From NCBI GenBank assembly GCA_963704885.1, contig CAVPIB010000007.1, positions 64,001 to 128,000 on the forward strand: a stretch of DNA of 64,000 nucleotides. The letters are read 5' to 3'. How positions within the stretch are numbered: the first letter of the stretch is position 1; each line of letters begins with the position of its first letter. Of the stretch, positions 1 to 10,447 are shown piece by piece. The position numbers and the translations under genes are program-made. The notes below the pieces were generated by a model. That model was given only the letters and a program-made list of their open reading frames with translations, was not told the DNA's origin and made no database searches. The stretch comes from an uncultured Actinomycetes bacterium. Its GTDB lineage: Bacteria; Actinomycetota; UBA4738; HRBIN12.

Positions 1-855
1 GGCCACGACGATCGTCGTCCGACGTCCCACGCCGTAGAGCACCCGTCCGGCGAACAGGCGCCCGACGAACATCGAGGCGGCGAACGCCACGAACACCACC
101 GCCGCGACCGTGGCCGACGCGCCGAGTTCATCTCGCAGGTACAACCCGGCCCACGCGTCCATGGACCCCTCGATCAGGAACGACGCCAGCACGACGACCG
201 CGGGAACGACGAGCGCCGGGTAGCGGAACAACGCCGAGATCGACAGCAGGGAACCGTCACCCGCGGCGCTTCGGCCTCTGGGCACGGCGGCCCCCGTCCA
301 CGCGGTCGTGATCGCGAGCGTGGCGGCCGAGTACGCCATGGCGACACGGAAGTCGACCCCCGCGGACAAGATCACGCCCGCCGCGAGAGCACCCGTCACT
401 CCGCCGAGGGCGTAGGTCGCGTGCATCCACTGCAGGACCGGACGACGGATCGCGGATTCGACGCGCTGGCCGGCGACGTTCAGGTAGACGTCAACCAGGC
501 CGTTGCCCACCCCGGCCAACGCGAACCCGATCCAGATCGCGGAGCTCGGCAGAGCGGCGAGAGCGATCGTCGCGATGGACATCGAGCCGAGCGCCAGGGG
601 CACGGTGAGCGAGAGGGAGAGCTGGCGCATCCGGGGCGCGATGATGAGCATCACCACGAGAGCCACGATCGAGAGCAGCGTGTAGCTCAGCCCGATCCCG
701 GCGTCGGACATCCCATGCAGACGCTGGAACTCGAACACGGCTATGACCCAAACGCCCCAGAACTGGCCGAACGTCCAGTACCCGGCGACGAGCGACGGCA
801 CGCTCCTTCGACCGGCGGGCTCGAGGAGCGAGGCGGTCGCGCCCGGTTCATGCAT
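1..855 (-). CDS. MFS transporter (3' end runs off window)
   Basis: Manual translation (absent from ORF track): MHEPG...GYWTFGQFWGVW...GNGLVDVYLNVAGQ...MHATYALGGVTGAL...FLIEGSMDAWAGLYLRDELG...MFVGRLFAG; many hydrophobic segments and MFS-type motifs. Confidence 0.8.
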   Translation of the reverse strand, partial: MHEPGATASLLEPAGRRSVPSLVAGYWTFGQFWGVWVIAVFEFQRLHGMSDAGIGLSYTLLSIVALVVMLIIAPRMRQLSLSLTVPLALGSMSIATIALAALPSSAIWIGFALAGVGNGLVDVYLNVAGQRVESAIRRPVLQWMHATYALGGVTGALAAGVILSAGVDFRVAMAYSAATLAITTAWTGAAVPRGRSAAGDGSLLSISALFRYPALVVPAVVVLASFLIEGSMDAWAGLYLRDELGASATVAAVVFVAFAASMFVGRLFAGRVLYGVGRRTTIVVA

Positions 856-874
856 CGGCCCATCATGGCATCCG

Positions 875-890
875 TTGAACGGCGAGTCAG
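875..890. promoter_or_regulatory. Putative TetR/BetI-type operator TTGAAC-GGCG-AGTCAG between the divergent MFS and potA genes
   Basis: Imperfect 16-bp palindrome resembling those at 5258, 38061 and 51152; next to TTGACC(893-898)..TATGCT(918-923) promoter-like elements. Confidence 0.45.
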
Positions 891-932
891 ACTTGACCTC
901 GGGACCCGCGCCCGCGCTATGCTCCGCGGACG

Positions 933-2057
933 ATGGCCGGGGGAGAGGTTCAACTAGTCGAGCTGGTGAAGCGCTTCGGCGACTTCACCGCAGTGGCGGG
1001 CATCAACCTGCAGATGCCATCGGGTGAGTTCTTCTCCCTGCTCGGACCGTCGGGATGCGGCAAGACCACGACCCTGCGGATGATCGCCGGGTTCGAGCGG
1101 CCGAGCGAGGGCCAGATCCTCCTGGATGGGGTCGACGTCGGCCAGGTGCCGCCCCACAAGCGAAACGTGAACACGGTGTTCCAGAGCTACGCGCTCTTCC
1201 CGCATCTCAGCGTGGAGGAGAACGTGGCGTTCGGACTTCGCTACCAGAAGGCATCCAAGCAGGAGACCACCGAACGCGTCGGTCGTGCCCTGGAGCTGGT
1301 GCAGCTGGGGGTGTTCGCGAAGCGGCGCCCTGGGCAGCTCTCAGGCGGACAACAGCAACGCGTGGCGCTCGCTCGAGCGCTCATCCTGAACCCCGCGGTG
1401 CTGCTGCTGGACGAGCCGCTCGGCGCGCTCGACGCCAAACTGCGCAAGGGTTTGCAGATCCAGTTGAAGACGCTGCAGGAAGAGGTCGGCATCACGTTCA
1501 TCTACGTGACACACGACCAGGAAGAGGCTCTCACCATGTCCGACCGGATCGCGGTGATGTCGCAGGGCCAGGTCGAGCAGGTCGGCGGGCCCAAGGAGAT
1601 CTACGAGGAGCCCCTCACGGCGTACGTGGCGGATTTCCTCGGTGTGTCGAACCTGATGGAGGCCGAAGCCAAGGGCCAGACGACCGGTGGGTGCCGAGTG
1701 CTGCTCGGGGAGTTCGAGCTGGTGGCCGGCGAGGGGGAGTCGGACACGCTCGGCACCTCGAAGATCACCGTGCGACCCGAGCGAGTGAACCTGGAGGCTG
1801 CCGGGACGGCAGGCGAGAACCGCGTTCCCGGGATGGTCGAACGGGTGGTCTACGTCGGTTCGATCCTGCAGGTGTTCGTGACGCTCGCTCCCGGCCAGCG
1901 GATCCAGGTGTGGATCCAGAACGAGGGCGGTGGTGTCGCGTACCCGTCCGGAACCTCGGTCGCGGTCCACATGCCGCGTGAGGCGCTGAGGGTGCTCCCC
2001 GACGCTGGAACGCCGGTATCGATCGGCACCGACCTAGAGGACGCCGAGGCGAGCTGA
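933..2057 (+). CDS. potA: Polyamine-type ABC transporter ATP-binding protein (PotA family)
   Basis: Walker A GPSGCGKTT, LSGGQQQRVALARAL, LLLDEPLGALD, VFQSYALFPHL, C-terminal TOBE-like region. Confidence 0.9.
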   Translation: MAGGEVQLVELVKRFGDFTAVAGINLQMPSGEFFSLLGPSGCGKTTTLRMIAGFERPSEGQILLDGVDVGQVPPHKRNVNTVFQSYALFPHLSVEENVAFGLRYQKASKQETTERVGRALELVQLGVFAKRRPGQLSGGQQQRVALARALILNPAVLLLDEPLGALDAKLRKGLQIQLKTLQEEVGITFIYVTHDQEEALTMSDRIAVMSQGQVEQVGGPKEIYEEPLTAYVADFLGVSNLMEAEAKGQTTGGCRVLLGEFELVAGEGESDTLGTSKITVRPERVNLEAAGTAGENRVPGMVERVVYVGSILQVFVTLAPGQRIQVWIQNEGGGVAYPSGTSVAVHMPREALRVLPDAGTPVSIGTDLEDAEAS

Positions 2058-2061
2058 AGCC

Positions 2062-2991
2062 CTAGAGCTGCACGAAGCTGCCGACGTCGCTTTGATCCTG
2101 GCCCCGCGTGAAGCGACGGTAGGCGAACCACCCCGCGGCGATCACGAGCATGGTCGAGATGAGCATCACGGTGGCTGCCGCGTTCACCGCCGGCGTCGGT
2201 GAAGAGCGTGCCGCGCTATAGATCTTCACCGACAGCGGCTCGGTGGGCGCCTGCGCCGACAGGTACCGGACTATGACGAAGTTGTCGACCGAGTCGGCGA
2301 AGACCAAGGCGATGCTCGCCAGGACGGCCGGCCACAGCAACGGCATGAGCACCCGACGGAGCGATTGACTGGGTGTCGCCCCCAGATCCATCGCGGCCTC
2401 CTCGAACTCCGGACCGATCGAGAGCAGCCGCGCTCGCACGATGATGAACGGATACGACATCTGGAACGTGACTAACCCGAGCACCTGCGCCGTCGTTCCC
2501 AGGCTGAGGAGGTCCTTGAACAGGTTCGTGAACAGAAGGAACAACGAGACACCCAGGATGATCTCGGGCACCACGAACGAGAACAGCATCCCGAAGTTCG
2601 CGCCTGCGGCGGGACGGCCGCGCCAGCGGTCGATCCCGATCGCGAAGAGCGTCCCGAGTGGGACCGCGAGCACCACCGTGAGCAGCGAGAGCTTGAACGT
2701 CTGGAACATGGCGGACCGTAGCGCCAGATCGGTCCAGAGCGAATCGAACGGGTCCTTGAACCACCACCGGAGCGAGAAGCCCTGCCACGTGCTCCGAGAT
2801 CGTCCGGAGTTGAACGAGAAGATCACCGCGATGATCACCGGGACTATGGACCAGGTCAGGTATCCCCAGGTGATCGCCTGGAGGAACCGGGGCTTCCGCC
2901 ACGGGTTCTGGAGCCAACCGCCACCCGCGCTCTTCGGGATATCGGTGAGCGATGGGGTGCCGTACAGCGCCTGATCCCTGGCGTCGCTCAC
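2062..2991 (-). CDS. potC: Polyamine-type ABC permease (PotC family)
   Basis: FSFN..WQGFSLRW, EEAAMDLGA EAA loop, hydrophobic helices. Confidence 0.85.
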   Translation of the reverse strand: MSDARDQALYGTPSLTDIPKSAGGGWLQNPWRKPRFLQAITWGYLTWSIVPVIIAVIFSFNSGRSRSTWQGFSLRWWFKDPFDSLWTDLALRSAMFQTFKLSLLTVVLAVPLGTLFAIGIDRWRGRPAAGANFGMLFSFVVPEIILGVSLFLLFTNLFKDLLSLGTTAQVLGLVTFQMSYPFIIVRARLLSIGPEFEEAAMDLGATPSQSLRRVLMPLLWPAVLASIALVFADSVDNFVIVRYLSAQAPTEPLSVKIYSAARSSPTPAVNAAATVMLISTMLVIAAGWFAYRRFTRGQDQSDVGSFVQL

Positions 2992-3944
2992 GTGGCTCCC
3001 TCCGCGGCTCGGCGCGTGGCGCGCAGGTAGTAGAGCATCGGGAACATCACCAGCACGATCAAGATCAGGGTGAGCGAGCCGGCCTCCGGCCCCTGACCCG
3101 CTTGTCCCACAGCAGAGTCAAGAAGGTTGCCGTACATCGATGTCGTCGTGGCCCCGAGCAGGGTGTTCGTGTAGTAGTCGCCGAACATCGGCAGAGACAC
3201 GATCACGAGTCCGGCCAGGATCGCGGGCTTGGAGAGCGGAAGCGTCACCCGTCGGAACGTCTGGAACGGGCTGGCCCCCAGATCGCGCCCTGCTTCCAAG
3301 AGGCTCTGGTCGATCCGATCGAGCGAACCGAAGAGCGGGAGGATCATGAAGGGGATGTAGCCGTACACGAGACCGAGCACCACCGTGACCGGTTTGCCCG
3401 CCAGCCACTCGACCGGCGTGGCACCGAAGATGCCCAGGAAGTCGTTCACGTATCCGTCGGGCGTCAACAAGCTCTGCCACGCGTACACCCTCATCAGGTA
3501 GCTGATCCAGAAGGGCGCGACCAACAGGACCAGGATCAAGCCCTTCCGCTTCCCGGCGTAGCGAGCCGTGTAGTAGGCGACCGCGTAACCGATCACCAGG
3601 CAGATCACGCTCGCCAGGATCACGTACTCGATGGTGCGGACCAGCGGGTTCAGGTAGATGCGATCGCCGGCGTAGAACTTCTGCAGCGTGGTCGCGAACG
3701 TGTCGAAGCTCCACCACCAGGGCTGATAGACGGGGAGCGGAGCCCGGAAGAAGGGATCGACGGTGCCGAACCCCACCGAGACCACGACGTAGAACGGCAG
3801 GATGAAGAAGAGGATCAGCCAGATGAGACCCGGAGCCGTGAACGACGGCCAGTACCACCGCGGATACAGTGCCCCGCTGCGGTCATCCAGCGAGTCCCGA
3901 CCGCGCCGCTTGCTGCGGCGCGGTGCGACTTCCTCGTTAGCCAC
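2988..3944 (-). CDS. potB: Polyamine-type ABC permease (PotB family)
   Basis: PFWISYLMRVYAW, YGYIPFMILPLF, LLEAGRDLGASPFQTFRRVTLPLS. Confidence 0.85.
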   Translation of the reverse strand: MANEEVAPRRSKRRGRDSLDDRSGALYPRWYWPSFTAPGLIWLILFFILPFYVVVSVGFGTVDPFFRAPLPVYQPWWWSFDTFATTLQKFYAGDRIYLNPLVRTIEYVILASVICLVIGYAVAYYTARYAGKRKGLILVLLVAPFWISYLMRVYAWQSLLTPDGYVNDFLGIFGATPVEWLAGKPVTVVLGLVYGYIPFMILPLFGSLDRIDQSLLEAGRDLGASPFQTFRRVTLPLSKPAILAGLVIVSLPMFGDYYTNTLLGATTTSMYGNLLDSAVGQAGQGPEAGSLTLILIVLVMFPMLYYLRATRRAAEGAT

Positions 3945-5220
3945 CGGCCAGGATCTCGTTCCAGGCGGCGAGCCACAGGGCGTCGGCCTCGGGCGTCAGC
4001 TCACTCTGGATGTATCCCTGGGTGAAGTTCTCCTCTCCTAGGATCGCCGTCGAGAGCGAGGGCGAGACGACACCCTCCTCGATCAGTCGATCCGGCACGA
4101 TGGAGTTGAACGGCGGCTGATACCCGTTCCAGTCGGCGAAGTTCAGGTATCCCCACTTCTCGTCCAGGAAGAAGTTGAGGAACTCATGGGCCAGTCGCGG
4201 GTGCGGCGCGTCGGAAGGGATCGTGATGGTGTCGTTTCCGATCAGGCCCTTGTTGTCGCTCGGGTACCAATAGCCGAGCACGTCCTCGCTGGTGCCTTTC
4301 GGGAGGTAGTACTTAGCCCCGACGATATCGCCGGACCACGACTGGGAGACCGTGAACTCCCCCTCCGGGAGCTTCGCGTACGTGCCGTTGATCGCCAGGC
4401 GTGCCCCGTTGTCGTTGACCATCTGAAGTATCGCTTCCTTCGCGGCATCGATCGCCGCAGGGTCGTCCGAGTCGGGGTCGGTGACACCGTTGCGGAGCAG
4501 CATCATCCCGAGCGCGTCGCGGTACGAGTCGTAGTAGGCCACCGCGTCCTTGAACTCGGGATTGAAGAAAGCCTCGTACCCCATCGCCTCGGCCTCGGCA
4601 TCGTCGACCCGGTCGCGACGGTAGGCGACGCCGGTCGTGTAGATCGTGTACGGGACGGTGTAGTGGGCGCCGAGGTCGTACCAGGGGCCCGGGTCCGAGA
4701 ACGCCGGCCAGACGTTGGCCGCCAGGTTCGGGATCAGCTCCAGGTTGAGCGGCTGCAGGTTGTCGGTCGCCACCAAGCGCCGGATGTAATCGGTGGTCGG
4801 GAAGAAGACGTCCGCGGTCACCTGTCCCGCGACCAGCTTCTGGATCCCCTCCTCCATGTTGTTGAAGGTTGTCCACTCGATCGTGACGTCGTACTCGTCC
4901 TCGAACGCCTTCAGGACCTTCTTGTAGAAGTAGGCGTCCCAGTTGTAGACCTGGAGCGTGGCGCCGGCCTCGATCGGGGTGTCGGTGGGGATCGGGTCGC
5001 GCGTCAGAGGGAGCTCTACCGGGTTGTTCGGGCTCGCGATCGGGATCTCGCCTACCGCGGTGGAGCTTCCGGATCCGTTCCCGCCGCCCGGGGGGGTCGT
5101 GCCCGGCTTCGCGCACGCGGCCAGGATCGCGGCCAGGCTCGGCATGGCGATCGCGGTGCCGCCGGCTCGGCGGAGGAAGTCACGCCGGTTCATCGGGTGA
5201 GGTCGTCTTTGCGCTGGCAT
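3937..5220 (-). CDS. PotD/PotF-family substrate-binding lipoprotein, Tat-exported
   Basis: RRDFL twin-arginine motif, LAAC lipobox, VYNW..Y, YTVPY, WSGD. Confidence 0.85.
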   Translation of the reverse strand: MPAQRRPHPMNRRDFLRRAGGTAIAMPSLAAILAACAKPGTTPPGGGNGSGSSTAVGEIPIASPNNPVELPLTRDPIPTDTPIEAGATLQVYNWDAYFYKKVLKAFEDEYDVTIEWTTFNNMEEGIQKLVAGQVTADVFFPTTDYIRRLVATDNLQPLNLELIPNLAANVWPAFSDPGPWYDLGAHYTVPYTIYTTGVAYRRDRVDDAEAEAMGYEAFFNPEFKDAVAYYDSYRDALGMMLLRNGVTDPDSDDPAAIDAAKEAILQMVNDNGARLAINGTYAKLPEGEFTVSQSWSGDIVGAKYYLPKGTSEDVLGYWYPSDNKGLIGNDTITIPSDAPHPRLAHEFLNFFLDEKWGYLNFADWNGYQPPFNSIVPDRLIEEGVVSPSLSTAILGEENFTQGYIQSELTPEADALWLAAWNEILAGG

Positions 5221-5257
5221 CTTGCTGAGCCTCCTCGGTGGGTTCGCTCGCGCCGGA

Positions 5258-5273
5258 TTGACCGGTCATTCAA
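5258..5273. promoter_or_regulatory. Putative TetR/BetI-type operator TTGACC-GGTC-ATTCAA
   Basis: Palindrome in the divergent potD / amine oxidase intergenic region; close match to the 51152 site beside the TetR gene. Confidence 0.55.
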
Positions 5274-5358
5274 CCCTATATGTTGCTGAGTACCATAGGT
5301 TCGCCGCGAAGCGCAAGGTTGGCCCGGCGGGTGCGGCGCGCCATCATCACCGTCATCT

Positions 5359-6600
5359 ATGAGTACGCATCCCGAGGTCGTCGTGGTCGGTGCCGGCCTG
5401 TCCGGCCTGGCGACCGCGCACGAGCTCGTCGACGCCGGGTGTGAGGTCACAGTGCTGGAGGCGCGCGACCGCGTTGGCGGTCGCGTCTGGTCGGTCCGGC
5501 TGGGCAACGGAGAGATAGCTGAGCTCGGGGCCGAGTGGATCATGCCGCGCGACGAAGAGCTCCGTCGGTGGGCGGCGCGCTTCGACTTGGAGCTCTGCCC
5601 TGCCGGCATCGACTATGGGCGGCGCGAGGCGCGCGGGCCGGATGCGGCGAGCATCGAGGAGCAGGACGCATTCCTCGCGGCCGCGAACGACGCGCTCTCG
5701 ATCCTGCCCGCAGACGAGTTCGCCGCGCTCACCGTGGGCACGTTCCTGTCTGCGATCGACGCGCCCCAGACCGGTCGCGCGGCCGTACAGGCTCGACTGC
5801 AGGGAACGTGCGCGCTCGACCTGAACCGGGTCGCCCTAAGGGCCATGGGCGAGCGCGGTGCGTTCGCGCCTCCTCGGCCCGCCACTTATCATCGCATCGG
5901 TGCGGGCAACCAGTCGTTGCCCGAGGAGATGTCGAGGTCGCTCCCCGACGTACGGCTCGGACACCGGGTCCGCTCGATCGCGCACGGCGCAGCAGGTGCG
6001 ACGGTCCAGCTCGACGACGGGAGCAACCTGCCGGCCGACGCGGTCGTCGTGGCCGTGCCGGCTCGGATCGCGGCACGTCTGCGCTTCGACCCGTTCCTCC
6101 CCGAGGACCTGGCGATCGCGCTCCGTGAGCTGCCGATGGGCGCCGCGTCGAAGCTCGCGATCCCACTCGAAGGCACGCCGGCGCCGCGCGCCGTCCAGAG
6201 CGCCGAACAGCCGTTCTGGTGCTGGGTGGCGGATGGGACCGGTGGCTCGCCCAGACGATGTCTGACGTCGTTCGCGGGCTCGCAGGTGGCCCAGGATGTC
6301 CTGCTTGAGGGCGACGGCGACCCCGCACCGTGGGTGGAGCGGCTCTTCGCGCTGAACCCCGATCTGTCCGTGGCCGGCCCGCCCGTACTCGTGTCCTGGG
6401 CGGACGACCCGCTCGCGCTGGGGGCGTACTCCGCCTGGGACAACCGCTCCTGGGATCGCCTGGGTGAGTTCGATCGGACCGTGGGCCGCCTGGCGTTCGC
6501 CGGAGAGCACACCGCCGGGTCCGAGCATCACGGGACCATGGAGGGCGCGCTGCTCTCCGGGGTCCGTGCCGCCGGGCAGGTGCTGCAGCTCCTCGGCTGA
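5359..6600 (+). CDS. Flavin monoamine/polyamine oxidase family protein
   Basis: VVGAGLSGL dinucleotide fold, EARDRVGGR, ELGAEW, FAGEHT, GTMEGALLSG. Confidence 0.85.
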   Translation: MSTHPEVVVVGAGLSGLATAHELVDAGCEVTVLEARDRVGGRVWSVRLGNGEIAELGAEWIMPRDEELRRWAARFDLELCPAGIDYGRREARGPDAASIEEQDAFLAAANDALSILPADEFAALTVGTFLSAIDAPQTGRAAVQARLQGTCALDLNRVALRAMGERGAFAPPRPATYHRIGAGNQSLPEEMSRSLPDVRLGHRVRSIAHGAAGATVQLDDGSNLPADAVVVAVPARIAARLRFDPFLPEDLAIALRELPMGAASKLAIPLEGTPAPRAVQSAEQPFWCWVADGTGGSPRRCLTSFAGSQVAQDVLLEGDGDPAPWVERLFALNPDLSVAGPPVLVSWADDPLALGAYSAWDNRSWDRLGEFDRTVGRLAFAGEHTAGSEHHGTMEGALLSGVRAAGQVLQLLG

Positions 6601-6661
6601 CGGTTCGCGGGTCCGAGCCGATACGATGCGCCCACCCCTGAGGCCGAAGAGAGGTATCACC

Positions 6662-7486
6662 GTGACCGACGATGCACCCGTCTTGCTGATCGAGGACCTG
6701 GGCCCCGTCAGGCGCCTCACCATGAACCGCGAACGCGCGTTGAACGCGCTGAACGGCGAGCTTACGAGCGCCATCTCCCAGGCGATCCGTGCCGCCGGCG
6801 AGGACGATTCGGTATCGGTCGTGATCCTGCGTGGCGCCGGGCGAGCCTTCTGCGCGGGCTACGACCTGAACGAGGATGCGGGGGTCGGACCGCTCGACGC
6901 CAAGCACTGGCACGAGGAGCTCCGGAGCTCGACCGCGAAGATGCTCGAGATCTGGGACTGCCCCAAGCCCGTGATCGCGAGCGTGCATTCGTATTGCCTC
7001 GCGGGCGGAACCGACCTGATGCTCGCGTGCGACCTGGCGGTCGCGGCCGACGACTCGTTCTTCGGCTACGTCGATGTGCGCTTCGGGTCCGGCGTGGTGT
7101 CGATGTTCCTTCCGTGGGTGGTGGGCGTCCGCACCGCGAAGGAGCTGTTGTTCACCGGTGAGGATCGGATCCCGGCGGACGAAGCCTTGCGCCTGGGATT
7201 GGTGAACCGCGTGGTGCCGCGGGACCAGCTGGACGACGCCACGCTTGCGCTCGCCGAAGAGATCGCCAAGAACGAGCCCTTCGTGATCCAGACGACGAAG
7301 CGTGCCGTGAACCGGGCGCTCGACGTGGCAGGCTTCCGGCAGGCGCTGGAGGCGAACACCGAGCTGGACGCCCTGATCGAGACCGCCGACCTGCCGGCGC
7401 GCGCGGAGTTCCGACGGATCACCACCGAGGGAGGGCTGAAGGAAGCGATCGCGTGGCGGGACGCGCGGTTCCGCGGCGAGCCATGA
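6662..7486 (+). CDS. Enoyl-CoA hydratase/isomerase (crotonase) family
   Basis: LTMNR..ALNAL, FCAGYDL, PKPVIASVHSYCLAGG, A.EALRLGLVNRVVP; GTG start chosen. Confidence 0.85.
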   Translation: MTDDAPVLLIEDLGPVRRLTMNRERALNALNGELTSAISQAIRAAGEDDSVSVVILRGAGRAFCAGYDLNEDAGVGPLDAKHWHEELRSSTAKMLEIWDCPKPVIASVHSYCLAGGTDLMLACDLAVAADDSFFGYVDVRFGSGVVSMFLPWVVGVRTAKELLFTGEDRIPADEALRLGLVNRVVPRDQLDDATLALAEEIAKNEPFVIQTTKRAVNRALDVAGFRQALEANTELDALIETADLPARAEFRRITTEGGLKEAIAWRDARFRGEP

Positions 7487-9585
7487 CGCGCTGGAACCTC
7501 CGGCCGCTACTTGCGCCGCGCTCGATCGCGATCGTCGGCGCGTCGGAGGCCCAGGACAGCTGGGCGCCCGAGATCGAACGCTCGCTCCGCCACCTGGGGT
7601 TCGACGGAACGCTCTACCCGGTCAACCCGAAGTACGACGAGGTGTGGGGACGTCGTTGTCATGCGTCCGTGCGAGAGCTGCCGAGCGGGGTCGACCTCGC
7701 AGTCGTCGTGGTTCCGGCGCGCGTGGCGGTTCGCATGGTGGACGATTGCGGTCGCGCCGGGGTCCGGAGCGTCATGGTGGTCTCGTCCGGCTTCGCAGAG
7801 GCCGGCGACGAGGGGCGCGCTCTACAGGACGCGTTGCGGAAGAGCGCACTGCGGCACCGGCTGCCGGTGCTCGGGCCCAACGTCGAAGGGTTCGTGAACT
7901 ACGTGGATCACGTGGCGCCCTACGGCACCACCCCGCCTCCCGAGCCCGTGGCTGGGGCGATCAGCGTCATCTCGCAGTCGGGCACGGTCGCCTGGACCAT
8001 GAACCAGATGGCATCGGATCGCGGCGTGGGCTTGAGGATCATCCTGGGTGTGGGCAACGAGGCCGTGCTGGGGTTGGGCGATCTGTTCGGATGGGCGGCC
8101 AGCGATCCGCACACCAAGCTCGTTTGCACCTATGTCGAGACCATGCGCGACGTGGAGGGGATAGGCCGTGGTCTGGACGCGCTCCGCGCCGCCCGCAAAC
8201 CGATCCTGGTCTGCGCGCCCGAGGGACGGAGCGAGGCGGCGCGACGTTCGATCGTGGCTCACACGGGGGCGCTGGCCGGCAACACCGCGCTCCGCGACGC
8301 GTGGCTCCGAGGCCGCGGAGCGATCCTGGTCGATGACCCCGTCGCCATGTTCGAGGCCGCCGTGCTCTTGTCGTACGGCACCAAGCTCCGCGCTTCGGGG
8401 GTCGCGGCGGCTCTGCAATCGGGTGGGGCATGCACGCTCTTCGCCGAGGCCGCCGGCGCTCAAGGTCTGACGCTCCCCGAGTTCTCTCCCAGCACGAAGC
8501 GCGAACTGCGGAAGGCGCTGCCGCACTTCGCATCGCAGAACAACCCGCTAGACGTAACGGGGCAGGCGGCCGTGGAGACCGATATGTTCTGCGCTGCGCT
8601 CGAGGCACTGTCGCGTGATCCCGCGGTCGGGCTGATCGCGTTCGATGCGTTCCCGCCCCGGCTCGAAGGCGAGGAAACCTGGGCGGAGCCGGTCCTGCGG
8701 AAGGTACGGGCGCTTCGGAAAGACACGGGCGCCTCGTTCGCCTCGGTGGCCATGAGTCCGATGGCGTACACCCCGGTCGCTAAGGAGTTCGTGAGGCGTG
8801 CGCGTCTGCCGTTCCTGCAGGGACATCGCGCGGCCGCAGGTGCGTTCCGGGCGCTCACGGATCTGCAGACCGCGCGCTCGCGTTCGATCCCGGACATCCC
8901 CGCGCACCCGAACCGCGCCAGGGCGATGCGCCTGCTCCGAGGGCTGAGCGGCCCGCTCGACGAAGCACAGGGCGCGAAGCTGCTGGAGCTCTACGGCATC
9001 CGCCGGCCGGAGGAGCGCACGGTGAGGACACCCGCCGCGGCCGCGGAGGCGGCGAGGGCCATCGGGTTCCCCGTAGCGGTGAAGGCCCTCGCCCCCGAGC
9101 TGCCGCACAAGGCGAAGCTCGGCGGCGTTCGGTTGTCACTGGCGAACCCGACCGATGTGGAGGTCGCCGCGGCCGAGGTGCTGCGGGCGGCTCGGCGCGC
9201 CGGCGCCCCGTCCGCGCGCGTGCTCGTACAGCAGATGGTCTCGGGGTCGGAGGTGCTGGTGGGCGCGGTGATCGACGAGGCGTTCGGCGCCTGCGTGACC
9301 ATGCGGCCCGGAGGGATGATGGCGGAGGCGGGCGAGGCTCAGTTCGTGGCGGCCCCGCTCACCCGCGCTCAAGCGCTCGCATTCGTGCGGGAGCAGGCGT
9401 CTCGCTGCGGTCTGGCCGAGGCGAGTCACGACCTGCGAGCCGTGTCCCGAGCCGTCGAGGCTATCGCCCGAGCTGCGCACGACCTCCGCGGCCGTCTGAC
9501 GTCGCTTGAGGCGAACCCGTTGCTGGTCTCGGATCGAGGAGCCGTCGCGGTCGACGCGCTCGCCGAGGCCTGGCAGCCCGCGTGA
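7483..9585 (+). CDS. NDP-forming acyl-CoA synthetase (acetate-CoA ligase family)
   Basis: SIAIVGAS, YPVNPK, SSGFAE, LGPN, SQSG, HTGALAG, NPLD, GFPVAVK..HK..LGGV ATP-grasp region; ATGA overlap with upstream gene. Confidence 0.85.
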   Translation: MTRWNLRPLLAPRSIAIVGASEAQDSWAPEIERSLRHLGFDGTLYPVNPKYDEVWGRRCHASVRELPSGVDLAVVVVPARVAVRMVDDCGRAGVRSVMVVSSGFAEAGDEGRALQDALRKSALRHRLPVLGPNVEGFVNYVDHVAPYGTTPPPEPVAGAISVISQSGTVAWTMNQMASDRGVGLRIILGVGNEAVLGLGDLFGWAASDPHTKLVCTYVETMRDVEGIGRGLDALRAARKPILVCAPEGRSEAARRSIVAHTGALAGNTALRDAWLRGRGAILVDDPVAMFEAAVLLSYGTKLRASGVAAALQSGGACTLFAEAAGAQGLTLPEFSPSTKRELRKALPHFASQNNPLDVTGQAAVETDMFCAALEALSRDPAVGLIAFDAFPPRLEGEETWAEPVLRKVRALRKDTGASFASVAMSPMAYTPVAKEFVRRARLPFLQGHRAAAGAFRALTDLQTARSRSIPDIPAHPNRARAMRLLRGLSGPLDEAQGAKLLELYGIRRPEERTVRTPAAAAEAARAIGFPVAVKALAPELPHKAKLGGVRLSLANPTDVEVAAAEVLRAARRAGAPSARVLVQQMVSGSEVLVGAVIDEAFGACVTMRPGGMMAEAGEAQFVAAPLTRAQALAFVREQASRCGLAEASHDLRAVSRAVEAIARAAHDLRGRLTSLEANPLLVSDRGAVAVDALAEAWQPA

Positions 9586-10430
9586 TCTTCGGTCTGGTAG
9601 CCGCGCTCGGATTCGGCTTCGCCGATTTCGGGGGGGCGCTGGCCGGCCGGCGGATCGGGAGCCTCTGGACGGTGATGGTCGGCCAGGCATTGTCGGCCGT
9701 CGTGGTGACCGGGATCCTCGTGTGGTCCGGGCGGTCCCTCGCCGTGCTCGTCCCGGTCGCGGGGCTGGTGGTGCTGAACGGCATCTGCGCCGCGGTCGCC
9801 TACCAGACGCACTACCACGCGCTCGAGCTCGGGCCCGTGGCGGTCGTCTCACCCATCGGCGCCGCGTACGCGGTCGTCGGTGTGACGCTCGCGATCGTCT
9901 TCCTGGGCGAGCGACCGGGCCCCGTGGCGATCGGCGGCATGCTCGTGACCGTGGTCGGCGTGATGCTGGTATCGACCGATCTGCGCAAGTTCCGGGATGG
10001 TCTGCACGGCGTGGGACCGGGCGTGCCGTGGGCGGTTGCCTCCGCGTTCGCCTTCGGAGTGGCGGGCTTCCTGCTCGGCTATCTATCGCAACGTGGCGGG
10101 TGGATCGTGGGGCTTTGGGCCTCGCGCGTGGCGCAGGTCGCGTTCTACGTGCCGCTCGCCTTCTTGGCTCGTTCGCAGCTGTCACGGCTCCGTGACCGAC
10201 GCGGGCTGAGGATCGCGATCGCCGCGGGCCTGGCCGACATCGTGGGGGTGATCGGGCTCGCCGTGGGAGCCGATCGCGGGTACGTCTCGGTGACGCTCGC
10301 GGCCAGCGCCATCTTCCCGCTCGTGGCCGTGGTGCTGTCCATCGTGATCCTGCGGGAGCGGTTGGTCCTCAACCAGCAGGCCGGGATCGCGCTCGTGGTC
10401 GCCGGCCTCCTGATGCTCGGCCTCGGCTAG
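9582..10430 (+). CDS. EamA/DMT family transporter
   Basis: About 10 hydrophobic segments, ALELGPVAVVSPI, VFLGER and ILRERL repeats. Confidence 0.8.
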   Translation: MIFGLVAALGFGFADFGGALAGRRIGSLWTVMVGQALSAVVVTGILVWSGRSLAVLVPVAGLVVLNGICAAVAYQTHYHALELGPVAVVSPIGAAYAVVGVTLAIVFLGERPGPVAIGGMLVTVVGVMLVSTDLRKFRDGLHGVGPGVPWAVASAFAFGVAGFLLGYLSQRGGWIVGLWASRVAQVAFYVPLAFLARSQLSRLRDRRGLRIAIAAGLADIVGVIGLAVGADRGYVSVTLAASAIFPLVAVVLSIVILRERLVLNQQAGIALVVAGLLMLGLG

Positions 10431-10447
10431 TCGCGCCCCCATGCCGT

